64,000 nucleotides of DNA from Chlorokybus atmophyticus (taxonomy: Eukaryota; Plantae; Mesostigma and Chlorokybus algae): the NCBI GenBank assembly GCA_009103225.1, contig RHPI01001428.1, positions 184,158 to 248,157 of the forward strand, written 5' to 3'. The translations under genes and the position numbers were made by a program. Shown in pieces: positions 1 to 12,600 of the stretch; within the stretch, counting starts at the first letter, position 1, and every line of letters starts with the position of its first letter. The notes below the pieces were generated by a model. The model was not told the DNA's origin. It saw only the letters and a program-made list of their open reading frames with translations, and ran no database searches.

Positions 1-36
1 TATATATATATATATATATATACATATATATATACA
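1..36. repeat. (TA)n microsatellite in a GBSS intron
   Basis: TATATA... run seen directly at the window start. Confidence 0.9.
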
Positions 37-1946
37 CACGAACCGTTGCTCTTCTCCGGTGTCATGATCTCTGCAGCATAGCCGGGGCTCACTGTAAGCA
101 GCTTGTCGCTGTTGAGAAAGCCTGCCTTGAGCCAGTTCAGCTTCCGTCCCTACTTGACCATGGTTGAAGTGTCAGGTAACACTCCAACAAGCAAGGTATG
201 CGCAACGGCAATGCGTGGCGCATACCCCTGCTGCAGGTTTAAACTCAAATGACGGAAAGGCACTTTGAGGCATGTTCAGGCGCTCGTACTTATCAGTGTC
301 ATACCTGTCTTGCCAACGCTCACTCAGAAATTGCGTTAATGGTTGGCAACGATTGCTGCACGGTGCATGATGTAGTGTTACATGAAAACACATCCACACC
401 TGCCCTGATAAGCAATGTTGTGGATGCAGAATGCGACCGGCGCATGCTTGAAGTGTCCCATCTGGTGCTGTATGTGCTTTATCATCACTGGTAGAGGTGC
501 AGTATGCCAGTCGTTGGCGACAAACACAACGTCTTCACCGTAGGTCTCACCCCCTCGACCACCGTGCGGGATCTTGATCGCAGCTGCTAAAGCTGCCTGC
601 ACGACCATTCGTGCGCAAGTTGAGTGGAGTCACATGCAACGAGTCCACAAGTGGAATGCTCCATTGGTGCACACCTGACAGATCAGTGAGAAGCGCAGGT
701 CGTTGTCTTCGTACTCCTTGCCATCATAGCCTACATATATCTTGTTCCCCGTCTTGCCTGCAAACCAGGACATAGACACTCTTAATCTGCTGCAGCACAG
801 CAACATGCCAGAATGATCTTCACAAAACACATGTGTAGCAACAAACGTTCAGGGCGCAGCCCTGTGGTGGCCGCTAAAGGCAGGACACACCAGTGCTTTA
901 GTAATCAGGGCATGGCTCACCCATGGGATTGCCGGGACTAGGCAGTATGCGCGCGCTGAAGCAAGGGTGGTCTACAAACACTCTATCAACACCATTATCA
1001 AACGTTTGGAAAAACCTGACCTGCACAACAAAGTCGTCATGCCACGATGCAGCAGCTACCGCTAGCGTGTAGTCACATGCATGCAAGCCCACCAACCTCC
1101 TCGTGATTGGGATCCGCAGGCATTGTCACTGATGGAGCGGAATGATGCCACTTAACAATGGTGCGGACCTCTGAGTCGGGAACATCCAGATAGTGATCAT
1201 ACCTGGCAAGTTATAGTTGATCAAGCGACTACACAATCAATTTCATCATGTTTGATGGGAACAATTCAAAGCATGACATGCCACAACCACATGTGCCTTA
1301 CGGACAGCTGTCTCTGCTGCTTCACCTGGGTGCGACTGTCATGACGTGGTGCCCGCGCTGCGCGAGCGCTATGGGCAGCGCGCCCAGCACATCCCCCAAC
1401 CCGCCTGTCTTGCTCCAAGGTGCAACCTCCATAGACACAAAGATAATCTTCAGCCCGGCTGTTATGGTCACAGGCGTCCTTCGCCCCTGGTGCATCAAAT
1501 GAATGTTGTGCAACCATCATTGATCACGGAAAGCATGCTGAGCACGTGCGTGCATGCGCAGTTGTGTGCATGAGTGGGTGCGGGTGTGCTTGGTTAGTTG
1601 GTTGGTTGGTGTGCATGTGCATGTGCGTGTGCGCGCCAGCGTGTGTCACGCGTGGAAAAGGAAGAAGGGGGGGGGGGAGGGGGGGCCACACAAGCATGTG
1701 CATGCCAGTTGCAAACGGTTGTTATGAGGCAGCAATGCTTGCCCATGACATTAAACTGATGCTGTGCGTTCAAACGGACCCACAGTGCGCAAGAGGAAAA
1801 GTTTGCCTTACCTGTCTGCGTACGCGCGAGGCTCTTGCCGACGACAACGCTGGTGCGGGTGCATGCTTGTTCCTTTGCAACGCAACAGAAGGCCGCAGCC
1901 CAGCGTAACATGGCATTGATCGCTGAGCGCTTAACGCAGTGGCCAT
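1..1946 (-). CDS. GBSS: Granule-bound starch synthase (GT5), 5' part; the gene runs off the window start
   Basis: Exon 1 (1946-1812) encodes a transit-peptide-like [45 protein letters not shown] and ends at a GTAAGG donor. Later exons encode [26 protein letters not shown] (KTGGL ADP-glucose motif), [39 protein letters not shown] and [27 protein letters not shown]. Confidence 0.93.
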
Positions 1947-3260
1947 TGCTTTCTTCCCAGCAGCCTACGCTCAACATTGCCAGCTGGTCAATAAGGGGCG
2001 ACAGTGGACCTATGTCGCCCAACAGTCACACGCATGCACACACAACATGCATGCGTGCTGCACACTGTCGCCAATGTCAAGAACCACTAGTACCTACAAA
2101 GGAGTACACGTATGCTCAAGACTGGCGTAACTGGTGGGACAAAAACAGTAGCATGCCTTACACTGACAGTATAGTTGTGCTTGCAGAAGGTACAACCAAA
2201 TCAAGCCGGTGCTTGCACTGGCCAAACGAGCCAGCACCATTCTGCACGAACGAACTGACTCGGTAGTCCGGCAGTTCAGCAAGCAGCCATCCTAGTGCAT
2301 AAAACTGCGAGCAATTAACCGATAGCATCAACTCACCGCCGCCGAGTTGCAGTTCCTGCTGCTGCGCAACCTACCACAACGCCCCGCTCAGCACTCACTC
2401 TCGCAGAGAGCTGCCATGCCGGCTCCTTAGAGCAGCAGGCAGCAAGCTACAAAGACAACCTTGCAATAAACACCCTCAAACGACCATGCAGTTAACCCTG
2501 CACGCCTGCTCCTTCTAAGCGACGACAATGAAGACAGCAACACGGACAGCAGCAGTAAACCTGACGCCACACTCAACGCCCAAACCACAGGCACGTCGCT
2601 TTGGCTGATATCGACGCTTTGCGCTTTATATCAATGCTGCAACAATTGATATTGTACTCATCTGAGGCAACATTGTCTCATCTGACGGTTGAAATGCCAC
2701 GAGCTCATAGACATCCGTTTGCTTCGGAGTTGCATTTGGATTGACAGTGACTTCGGCAGTGAAGTGGTCTCGATATCGCCCTGTCTTGTCCTGCAATAGG
2801 CATCCGCGGCGGCGGCGGCGGCGGACGGCGAGAAGGACAGATTGGCGGCATGAAGCTGCTGGGTATGCTGTAGTCGTTGCAAGTCTGTGCTAATGTTGTG
2901 TAGCGCGGTTGTGCGCTGTTGTGTTGTGCTGTTCTCAAGGCGTGCGATGCTTGCTCGCCTCACTGAGATCCCATCTCAACTGCATGCATGCGCTGTGCTT
3001 GCTAAAGCATGAGCCTAGCTTGCGCAGCAGCAGTTACTGATCCCGATCTTTACAACGTCTCAGTAAAGTTTTTGCGCGAAACGTTGCCAACACCCACTTG
3101 CTTGCAAACTGTTCATGCCCAGCTAGATGTGCTCGCTGCGTGCGCGCGCAACGCAGCTGTCTTGAGGAGGAGTCTTGCGGGAACGGCCATCACATTTTCA
3201 ATGAGCGGTTCTAGTCGATAAAATCTCACGTGTCTGAATGCCTTTTGCATCTGTCTGGCC

Positions 3261-6175
3261 ATGCCTATCCGTGCTGCCAGCGACGGCAGAGCCATACTCT
3301 AATTGTTCCTGAGCCTCAGCGTTGCGTGTGTGTGTGCAGTGCGCGACGGCAGCGGCGCGAGCGTGTTGGACGGCCTGCCAGCGACGGCAGAGCCATACTC
3401 TAACCTGCAGAAGCTTCCTGCCGGAACGGACGCGCAGTTCGCCGCCGACGGCAAGGTGCTCGGCGTCCTGGGCGCGGAGGGCGTCAAGCTGTACGACAGC
3501 AGCACCGGCAAGCAGGTACACAGCCGCTTGCAGGTGCTCTGTTGGCTGCCATGCGTTACTATAGCATGCACATGCAATCACTTGTATTGCATGGAAAGGG
3601 GGATATCAGCTTAACCGCACATGCTGCTTATCATCATTGCAGCTAGCTCAAGTCATGGTATGGTTGTTTATCCATTCATGGCTGCATCAGTGAATGCAGC
3701 GAGTTACTCTCATCGCCTTTGCAAATTAGTACGGTTATGTCAACGGTTGAGGTGCTGCCTTTTGTGATTAACTAGGCTAGGCTTTGCGCAGACTGCTGCT
3801 CTTCCATCAGCGGGCGCGGTTGCCTTTGCGCTGTCTCCTGGAGGCAAGTATGTTCTCACTTTTCAGCGACATGTACCCGGCTCGACCGAAGGCAACCTGA
3901 TTGTCTGGGAGGCCGCCACCGCCAGCAAGGTTTTGCAAGTCTTTCAGAAGCAGTACCTCAAAGAGCTCTGGTGAGTGGTGCTGTGATGCAAGTATCCGGT
4001 GATGGCGGCACCACATTGAGCGATGCTCATGACATATATTTCAGGCCCTCAGTCAGTTGGAGCTCTGATACAGGGGTTGCGTGTAGATTGGTCACCAATG
4101 AGGTGCAATTTTACAATGCGTCCGACATGGCCGCTGGGCCGTCCAAGCGCTTTCACATTCAAGGTGTTGCCGCCGTCGGACTGTCCTCTGGTGACGACCC
4201 ATTCCTCGCCGCGTATGTGCCAGAGGTCAAGGTGCGCATGAAAGCTTGTCAACCTCACGGATGTGCATCTAAGCTCTTCAAGCACTTTCGAAGGCTTGGG
4301 GGCATGGTGCTTCGCGCCGGTGCCTCTCGAGTTCATATATAGTGCAATATCATCCGCGTGCACTTCTGCGGCCAGTCACCTGCGCAAGCTATGTTACTGG
4401 GTGTTCACTGTTGCACGAACATCTCTCAATGTATTGTTTGCATGTAGGGCGCTCCAGCCAACATCCGCATATACCAGTACTCTGCGATAAGCGATGATGC
4501 CCAGCCCGTCGCACGCCGCAGCTTCTTCAGGGTTTCCAGCGTGCGATTCCTCTGGAATGCAACGGCAACCGCGGTGCTAGTGCATGCAAGTTCAGATGTA
4601 GACAAAACCAACCAGAGTTACTACGGAGAAAGTCACCTGCACTTCTTGCGAAGTGATGGCAAGAACGACTGTGCTGTCCCTCTCAGTACGTGGTTAATCT
4701 GAGCACTGCACTATTGCGTTTAGCATGTCATGGATTGCTAAATGCGTTTGGAGTGTTAAGTGCATTACTAATGCCACAAGTTGCCTGTGCAGGTAAGGAA
4801 GGTCCCATTCACGATGTCCAGTGGTCACCTTCTGGGAAGGAGTTCATCGCTGTCTATGGATGTATCCACTTCACTTGACTTGCTTTGGAGCAGTTCTTGC
4901 TTGTCACGGTTGTCGGTATATCTGTAACATCAGCTGCTTCCACAATATGACCTTGACAAACTGGCAGTCATGCCCGCCAAGGCGACGCTCTTTGATGAAC
5001 ACTGCAAGCCTGTCTTCGAGTTTGGCAGCGGCCCGAGAAACGTCGTGCGCTGGAACCCGCATGGCCGATGTAAGTGCGTTCGCTCGCCCACATCATTGCC
5101 AACCTCCCTAGCATACTGAACTGTTTGCATGTGGTGCAGTTGTCGTTCTAGCTGGTTTTGGAAACCTTCCAGGTGACATGGTGAGCACTCGCCTACCCTT
5201 GCGTGCCTGCTGACTGTCAACATTTGCAAAGTGCCTTCATACCTGGACTGAGCAAACCGTGCAGGAGTTTTGGACACGAGACCGCACTAAGCTGCTGGGC
5301 AAAACCAAAGTGAGAGACACGGTGATGTGTCAATGGTCGCCAGACGGGCGGCACTTGATGACGTGCACGCTATCACCAAGGTTGCGAGTCGACAACGGGT
5401 TCAAGCTGTTCACCTACTACGGAGAGCAGTTACCTACCGAACGCAAGTACGAGTCTCTGTACCAAGCAGAGTGGGTGCCCGAGCCCGCGTCCGCGCATCC
5501 AGACAGGCCGCCGTCACCCGGCAGACGAGAGTATGTCGAAACGAATGCTCCGACCGCAGCGAAACCCGCAAGCTATCGTCCGCCACATGCCGGCAGTTCA
5601 TCGCAGCTCAACCTGAATGATCCAGGCGATGATGAAGCGCCGCACCGCGTGAAGCCTGGCGCGGCAGGTCCACCCGGCGCGACAGTCAGCAAAGCGGCAC
5701 TGAAGAACCAGAAGAGGAGAGAAAAGAAAAAGGAGGGTGGTGCAGGTAAACTACCAGACCAACATATGCTAATCCGTCTCCTGGGGGCATAGATTGTACT
5801 GTTCGCATAAGCAGACCAGCTGGCACCCTGAATTGAGCAGGTGCAATCTCATCCAGACATGCACTTTTGTAAGGTGGTGTCCTGATTTTTATTGTCTTGT
5901 GTGCAGGCGAGGTTCAAGAACAAGTTGCTGCCACTACATCTGCCATGCAAGAGTTGGAGCCGCCTTCCGCATCATCACAGCCTGAGGCATCAGCATCGGC
6001 TGATGGTGATGGCGACGCGGGCAAGCGCATCCGCGCGCTGCAGAAGAAGCTGCGCCAGATTGAGCAGCTGAAGGAGAAGCAGGCTGCTGGTGGAAAGATG
6101 ACCAATCCTGAGGTCACTAAGATTGCCACAGAAACTGCGTTGCTAGCAGAATTGAAGGAACTAGAAGGGGCCTGA
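3261..6175 (+). CDS. EIF2A: Eukaryotic translation initiation factor 2A (WD40 beta-propeller), multi-exon; exact start codon uncertain
   Basis: Spliced exons give VRDGSGASVLDG, RLVTNEVQFY, VDKTNQSYYGESHLHF, EGPIHDVQWSPSGKEFIAVYG, MPAKATLFDEHCKPVFEFGSGPRN, LAGFGNLPGDM, WSPDGRHLMTCTLSPRLRVDNGFK and a C-terminal KRIRALQKKLRQIEQLKEKQ helix. Stop is TGA 6173-6175. Confidence 0.93.
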
Positions 6176-6310
6176 TGCGTGCCTAGTCTTCCCAGCAATG
6201 GAAATGTCCACAAGAAAATAAAGTGACCATGGTTGCGCATTGGTGCTGGCTATGTTTTGCAACACTAACTGACTGTGGCACCTGCGATGAGGTCGCAGCC
6301 AATGCATTTC

Positions 6311-6315
6311 TGTAA
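6311..6315 (+). terminator. TGTAA polyadenylation-signal-like motif after EIF2A; similar motifs at 13220/13231 (PRP22), 38743 (DDI1), 46491 (RPS16), 62488 (TGD2) and TTACA at 43251 (RPL13, minus strand)
   Basis: The motif occurs within a few hundred nt downstream of the stop codon in the gene's sense orientation. UGUAA is the established poly(A) signal of Chlamydomonas and other green algae. Confidence 0.55.
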
Positions 6316-7014
6316 TGTGCTCTGCTTATATACAGGTAGTGTTGTACCATACCAAGCGACTCGTGCAGTGTGATGATATGATTGCATGGAGTAGAGAGAC
6401 CAATCACAGCAGGTACTGCGCACTAGACAATGTTTCAATGTTCAAATAACCTTTGAAGTTGCAGATTATGCAATTGTACTATGTAAAACGAACTCTTGGC
6501 GCACCAGGGCGAGCATACTGCACTGCGTAGCATGCATTGGACTTCCCTCCCCACCAGCACGCCCTCAGCTAACTTCACACAGATGCCTGACTGAGTAGAA
6601 GCCAGTCAGTCCATAGATACTTGCTTGTGTGTGATCTGTCTTGGCTTGCGTTGCAAGTGACATACTGCATCTTGTCATGCGACTGTGTGTTTAATGTGTG
6701 CTGTATGCTGTACTTGATGCCGCATACAGATTGGACAAAGATTACAGGAGGGCACAGTCCAGAAGACATACAGGTTGGAGTACAGCACGACCAAAGTGTT
6801 GAATATCTGGTGCACTTCGCACTGCAGGTGCATGGTGCGCAAGCACATCCATTCGTCCATCTGGTGCCCTACGGTATCATTCCGTTATGAATACCATATT
6901 ATAGAGACGCTTGCCCGTGCTCACTCAGCGTCGGCTGAGCACAAAATGCACATACGCAGCCCTCACTGCTGTACAGCTGTACATACACTACTGTACACAA
7001 GTTGAGAAGCATGA

Positions 7015-8694
7015 CTACGGTATTAACCAACCCTCTTGCCCCTGCCCTCTGGACTCTACTTTCCGCTTGGCGTGGTTTTCATCACCTTCAGTGCGCCCGC
7101 CAGCAGCCTTCTGCTTCCTGATGATCTCATGAGCGGTGTTGAACACGCCGCCCGTAGGCTTGTTGCAAGCCGCACACTTGCCAGATTTTGCGTTGTGCTT
7201 CAAGCAGAAGACAGAGAAGTGTAGTATAAGCGCCATGCATACATTGGAAACCTCCAACAACAGACACTGATTGCATTCAGAAAATATCTAGGTGACATAA
7301 GCAGCGGGCAACGATGAAATGTGAAACGCATGCAACTGATCGCGTTGAGCTGTCAATGCCCGTATAGTTACAGCACAGACACGCTTGACAATGGATACAA
7401 TGCGTTTCGCATACCTTTAGTGCGCAGTGCTCGCAGAAATAGTGCTTGCACTTGGTGACGACGGGGTCGGTAAACGGTTCTCTGCATATAAAGCACGCGA
7501 AGGGTATTCCATCCTCGTCCTCGTCGCTGTCAGGGTTAACTCTATAATCAATCTCTCCCTCAGCTTCCTCGCCTTGCATCCGTTTCTTGCGCGCCTTCTC
7601 TTTGTCATCCCACTCGCGGTCAAGCTGCCACCCCGACTTGTAGTCTCCGCGGTCGTGCATGAACTTGCACGCGTCCCCGAAGCCGCAGTACCCCGTCTCT
7701 TTGTAGTCTTTACATAGATCTGGTTGGTAGTCGAAGCGTGCGGATATGCGTATGTGCGTGGACGCGCGCAAAGGCCCGTGCGCCCCTCCAGCTTTCTCAC
7801 TTGCAATCGTATGCTCGCGTCTGAACCCCGCCTTGTAGTCCTTGTACGCGTTGAGACCCTTGTATGTCTTGTCGTCGGGGCCACCGTCTTCACCTTCTTC
7901 AGCGCTCTGCTTGAGGATCCGCTCTCTTATCGCACGCGCGTCCTTGTCGTGCTCAGTCTCAGTCTCAAGCGTGGCCGTGGCTTTGCTGTCGCCCGACACT
8001 TGCACGCGCCGGTCTGACGTGAATGTGAAGCGCTCATGCCTAGCACCATCATCATCAGCCTTCCTGCTCGCTTCCAGCCCTCTTTCGCCAACTTTCTTGG
8101 CTTTGCTCGCCCTGACAACTGCACTTCCTCCTCCCCCTCCACCCCCACTGCCGTCATCGCCGTCCTCAGCGTCCTCTTCGGTCAAAGTGCGCTTCCGCAC
8201 GTTGCTCTTCCCGCTTCGCCTCTTGAAAAAACTGCACACGCCTGGCAATTTGACACATGGACGCTCAGTTGAATGCAGCGCTGGCATGAGCAACGCTGCT
8301 GAATAAGGCAGACACACATGTCGACGAAACACGTAAGTCACTTGCGCACCCACTTAGAATGCAACCCAAGTTAATGAAAACACAAGCGCATAATTGCATA
8401 ACGACGCTGTGTAACAACATTGTGGGCTTGTTAAGCAACATGCAGTTGAACACCCAAAACCCACAGCGCTCGTGCTAGCAGCCCACTAAATTGTCACCAG
8501 GAGACTGCATGCGAGTCGCCGGCGCAAACAAGCAAGACATCTGCGCGTACACACAAGTTGTGGTTGTTGTCATCCCGACCCAGATTACCTGCTGCAAGAG
8601 CAGCAGTAGCCGCCTCCTCCTCCTCCGCTGCCGCTGGCACCTCCTCGCCGGCTGCGGAAGTGGAGGCCTGACGATCTTCACCGTCCTCCGCCAT
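7015..8694 (-). CDS. CWC24: CCCH zinc finger plus RING spliceosomal protein Cwc24/RNF113A, 3 exons
   Basis: Exon 1 is [13 protein letters not shown]..., joined to [18 protein letters not shown]. It contains [39 protein letters not shown] (CCCH) and the [34 protein letters not shown]|[20 protein letters not shown]. Confidence 0.95.
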
Positions 8695-8890
8695 ACCAAC
8701 AAAAGCGCACCTTTTTAACACTCCTCCAACCCAACCCCTCCCTGCTGCTGCTCCACCTGCGCTCCTACTCCTCGCCGCCGCCGCCCAAAGATCCCGACCA
8801 GCGCCACGCAGAGGTCCTCAACCACTGCTCACTGACCTGTCCCAAACAGAGTCAGGCACCTTCCAGAACATTCTTGCAATAGGACAACTG

Positions 8891-8898
8891 AAACCCTA
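8891..8898 (+). promoter_or_regulatory. Telo-box (AAACCCTA) in the CWC24/PRP22 divergent intergenic region
   Basis: Exact AAACCCTA between the two start codons. Confidence 0.55.
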
Positions 8899-9649
8899 AT
8901 CCCTGCACAGAGCCGCGGCTGCAAGCGGCGACAACGGCGGCGGCGGCGGCGGAAGAGGAGCGGAGGGAGAACATATAATTTGTTGGTGGTGGAAGAAGCA
9001 GGTGTTTCCTGGCATGGTGATGACGTGTTGTTTGTCAAATTGAGGCCTGCACTGGCTGAGGCAACGCTGGCTGCCGGTATGTCGGTGGCTCTGCGTTGCT
9101 GGTGAGCTTGTAACGAACTGTTGAGCGGGAAGCTCTCTTGGGCTTATACGGACGGTGGGGAGGGTCTCCTCGCTTTGTATCAAGAAGTCATTACCGAAGG
9201 TAAGGTGTTGCTTCCGGTGCAAGCTAATTGTATTCAGTACCATGTTAGCATTCAGCATCGTGTCAATAAAAGCATGTCATTCCGTTTGTTTGCACGCTAG
9301 TATTCTCATGAGAAAGAAACATTGCACAATGCTTTTGTAACAACTTCACATTCAGTATTGGGCATGCACACAACTTCCGAGGTTGTGGTTGCAGCTCGGC
9401 AGACACCTCGGTTGCTTAGCAACTGTCAGTCGTTGGCTTCATTTCTCGTATAGAATTCATGAGCATTCATACACAATCTGTGCTCCTCTCCTTCTTTTCT
9501 TCATTTTTACTCTTTCAGTACCTGTTACTTTATCTGTTACCTACAGCTGTTCGCAGTTCGTTGTTGTTTGTGTGTCGTGTTATATGTGTCACATTCAAAC
9601 TGCTGATTGCCACTCTGCAGACTATCATCAGCACTACAAGCACACAACC

Positions 9650-12600
9650 ATGGCGGAGTTAGCAAAGTTGCAGCAGTTGGCTTTGGTCTCCAAGGTGTGC
9701 ACTGAGCTGGAGACACATCTTGGCATGGGCGACAAAACGCTTGCAGAGTTTGTCATTGACCTTGCGAAGGAAAAGGATACGCCCGTGTCATTCTCAAAGA
9801 CACTCGCCAGTCAGGGTGCCGAGCTCCCGTTGTCCCTCGCCACAACACTCCTCACCATCATCCAGCGCATGCGGCCGTCCGACTCCACAAAGCCTAAGTC
9901 TGAAGCTCCCAAGCCTGCTTCAGCATACCCTGGCCTCGCCGTGCCAGATGACCGCGAGCGCGTCAAGGCACTGCTTGATATTGATGCTGAAGTGGCTAAG
10001 ATGACCAATGGCAGAGGCAACGGACACTCTGCTGACAAGCGCGACAGCCGCGACAGGTCTGCAAGAGATGATGATCGTAGGGGAGGAGCGGACAAGTCTG
10101 ACCGGGACAGAGGCAGGCGAAGAGGTGATCACAACGGTGCAGATTATGATAAGGGGAGCAGCAGGGATCGCGACAGAGATAGAGGGCGCCGAAGGAGTGT
10201 TAGCCCGGAGCCAAGGTCGCACAACAGAGGCGGCAGCGGCAGTCCCGGGCCTGCCACGCGTATGCCGGATGAGCCTGAGCTGTATGCTGTATACAAGGGC
10301 CGCGTGACGTCCGTACAGGACTTTGGGTGCTTCGTGCAACTTGAAGGGTTCAGGGAGAAGCGCGAAGGCCTCGTGCATGCGTCTCAGATGAGCAATAAAC
10401 GCATCGCCAACGCCAAGGACGTGGTGTCCAGGGGGCAGAGCGTCTGGGTGAAAGTCATGGCACGTGCTGGCTCCAAATTGAGCCTCTCCATGCGGGATGT
10501 TGACCAGGAAACCGGCAGAGATCTGACTCCAATTGCACGACCGCCGGCCGGTGAAGAGTTTCGCTCAAACCCCCGGGCAGGTGCTGATGGTATGGCCGCA
10601 CCTTTCCGTGGCCTGTCTGGTGTTCCGATTGTTCATGACGATGATGACGACCGCGCAAGGAGACCTTTCAAGAGGTTGTCGTCACCGGAGAAGTGGGAAG
10701 CCAAGCAGCTAATTGCATCTGGCGTGCTGGACGTGAGGGAGTATCCCATGTATGATGAAGAAGGGCAGGGTATGCTGAATGTTGAGGAAGACGTGGAGGA
10801 CGACCTGGAGGTTGAGATTAACGATGAGGAGCCTCCCTTCTTGAAAGGGCAGACAAGCCAGAGCATTGATGTGTCGCCAATCAAGATTGTCAAGAACCCA
10901 GATGGGTCTCTGCAGCGTTCGGCCATGACTCAGTCGGCACTGTCAAAGGAACGGCGGGAGCTTCGTGATCAACAGCAGCGCACCATGCTGGACTCAATAC
11001 CAAAGGATCTGAACAGGCCATGGGAAGACCCTTTGCCCGAGTCTGGTGAGCGGCATCTGGCTCAGGAGCTGCGTGGCATTGGTATGAGCGCATACGAGCT
11101 GCCTGAGTGGAAGAAGGATGCATTTGGCAAGGCGCCCACCTTTGGTATTCGTAGCAACATGGGCATACGCGAGCAGAGGCAGAGCCTGCCCATATTCAAG
11201 CTGCGCGATCAATTGGTGCAAGCCGTGCATGACAACCAAGTGCTGGTTGTCATTGGTGAGACAGGGTCAGGAAAGACGACACAGATGACACAATACCTTG
11301 CAGAGGCCGGGTACACAACCAGGGGCAAGATTGGTTGCACTCAGCCCCGACGAGTGGCTGCAATGTCTGTGGCCAAGCGAGTGGCTGAAGAGTTTGGCTG
11401 CAGGCTAGGTGAAGAAGTGGGGTACGCTATTCGTTTCGAGGACTGCACAAGCCCTGAGACTGTCATCAAGTACATGACAGACGGCATGCTTCTGCGAGAG
11501 TGTCTGCTCGATGATCAGCTCAGCCAGTACAGTGTCATTATCCTTGATGAAGCTCACGAGCGCACCATCAACACGGATGTCATGTTCGGGTTGCTGAAGG
11601 ACGTGGTGAAGAATCGCAAGGAGCTCAAACTCATCGTCACATCTGCTACCCTTGATGCCGAGAAGTTTGCATCGTACTTCTTCAACTGCCCTATCTTCAC
11701 AATCCCTGGCCGCACTTTCCCTGTGGAGATATTGTACACAAAGCAACCCGAGAGTGATTACATGGACGCGGCGCTCATCACGGTGATGCAGATACATCTC
11801 ACGGAACCTGAGGGAGACGTGCTGCTCTTCTTGACTGGTCAGGAAGAGATTGACACTGCTTGTCAGATCCTATACGAGCGCATGAAGCAGTTGGGGCCCA
11901 ACGTGCCAGAGCTACACATTCTACCAGTGTACTCATCGCTGCCGAGTGAGATGCAAACCCGCATTTTCGATCCCGCTCCTGCTGGCTCTCGCAAGTGCGT
12001 CATCGCCACCAACATTGCAGAAGCATCCTTGACGATTGACGGCATTTACTATGTGGTGGACCCTGGCTTTGCCAAGCAGAAGGTCTTCAACCCCAAGTCG
12101 GGGATGGACGCTCTCGTGGTCACTCCCATCTCCCAAGCATCCGCCAGGCAACGTGCTGGGCGCGCAGGGCGAACAGGGCCTGGCAAGTGCTACAGACTCT
12201 ACACTGAGAGCGCCTACAAGAATGAAATGTTGCCTACATCTGTGCCTGAAATTCAGCGCACCAGTCTTGGAATGACTGTGCTGACGCTGAAGGCTCTGGG
12301 CATCAACGACTTGCTGAACTTTGACTTCATGGATCCCCCGCCTCCTCAAACTCTCATTCTTGCGCTGGAGCAGCTGTACAACCTGGGCGCGCTGGATGAA
12401 GAAGGCTTGCTCACAAGGCTCGGGCGCAAGATGGCAGAGTTTCCTTTGGAGCCGCCCATGTCGAAGATGCTGATTGCAAGTGTCGATCTAGGATGCAGCG
12501 AGGAGATATTGACCGTTGTGGCGATGCTTTCAGCGCAGAACGTGTTCTATCGACCCCGTGAGAAGCAGGCGCAGGCAGATCAGAAGAAAGCCAAGTTCTT

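Noticed and set aside
3009-3221. 70-aa ATG-initiated ORF just upstream of EIF2A
   Set aside because: No recognisable similarity or splice support; ORFs of this length are common by chance at this GC content.
9383-9649. 89-aa N-terminal extension of the PRP22 ORF in the ORF track
   Set aside because: It starts at GTG, is pyrimidine-rich, ends near a CTGCAG acceptor and has no Prp22-like sequence. It is most likely a 5'UTR intron; the conserved start is ATG 9650.
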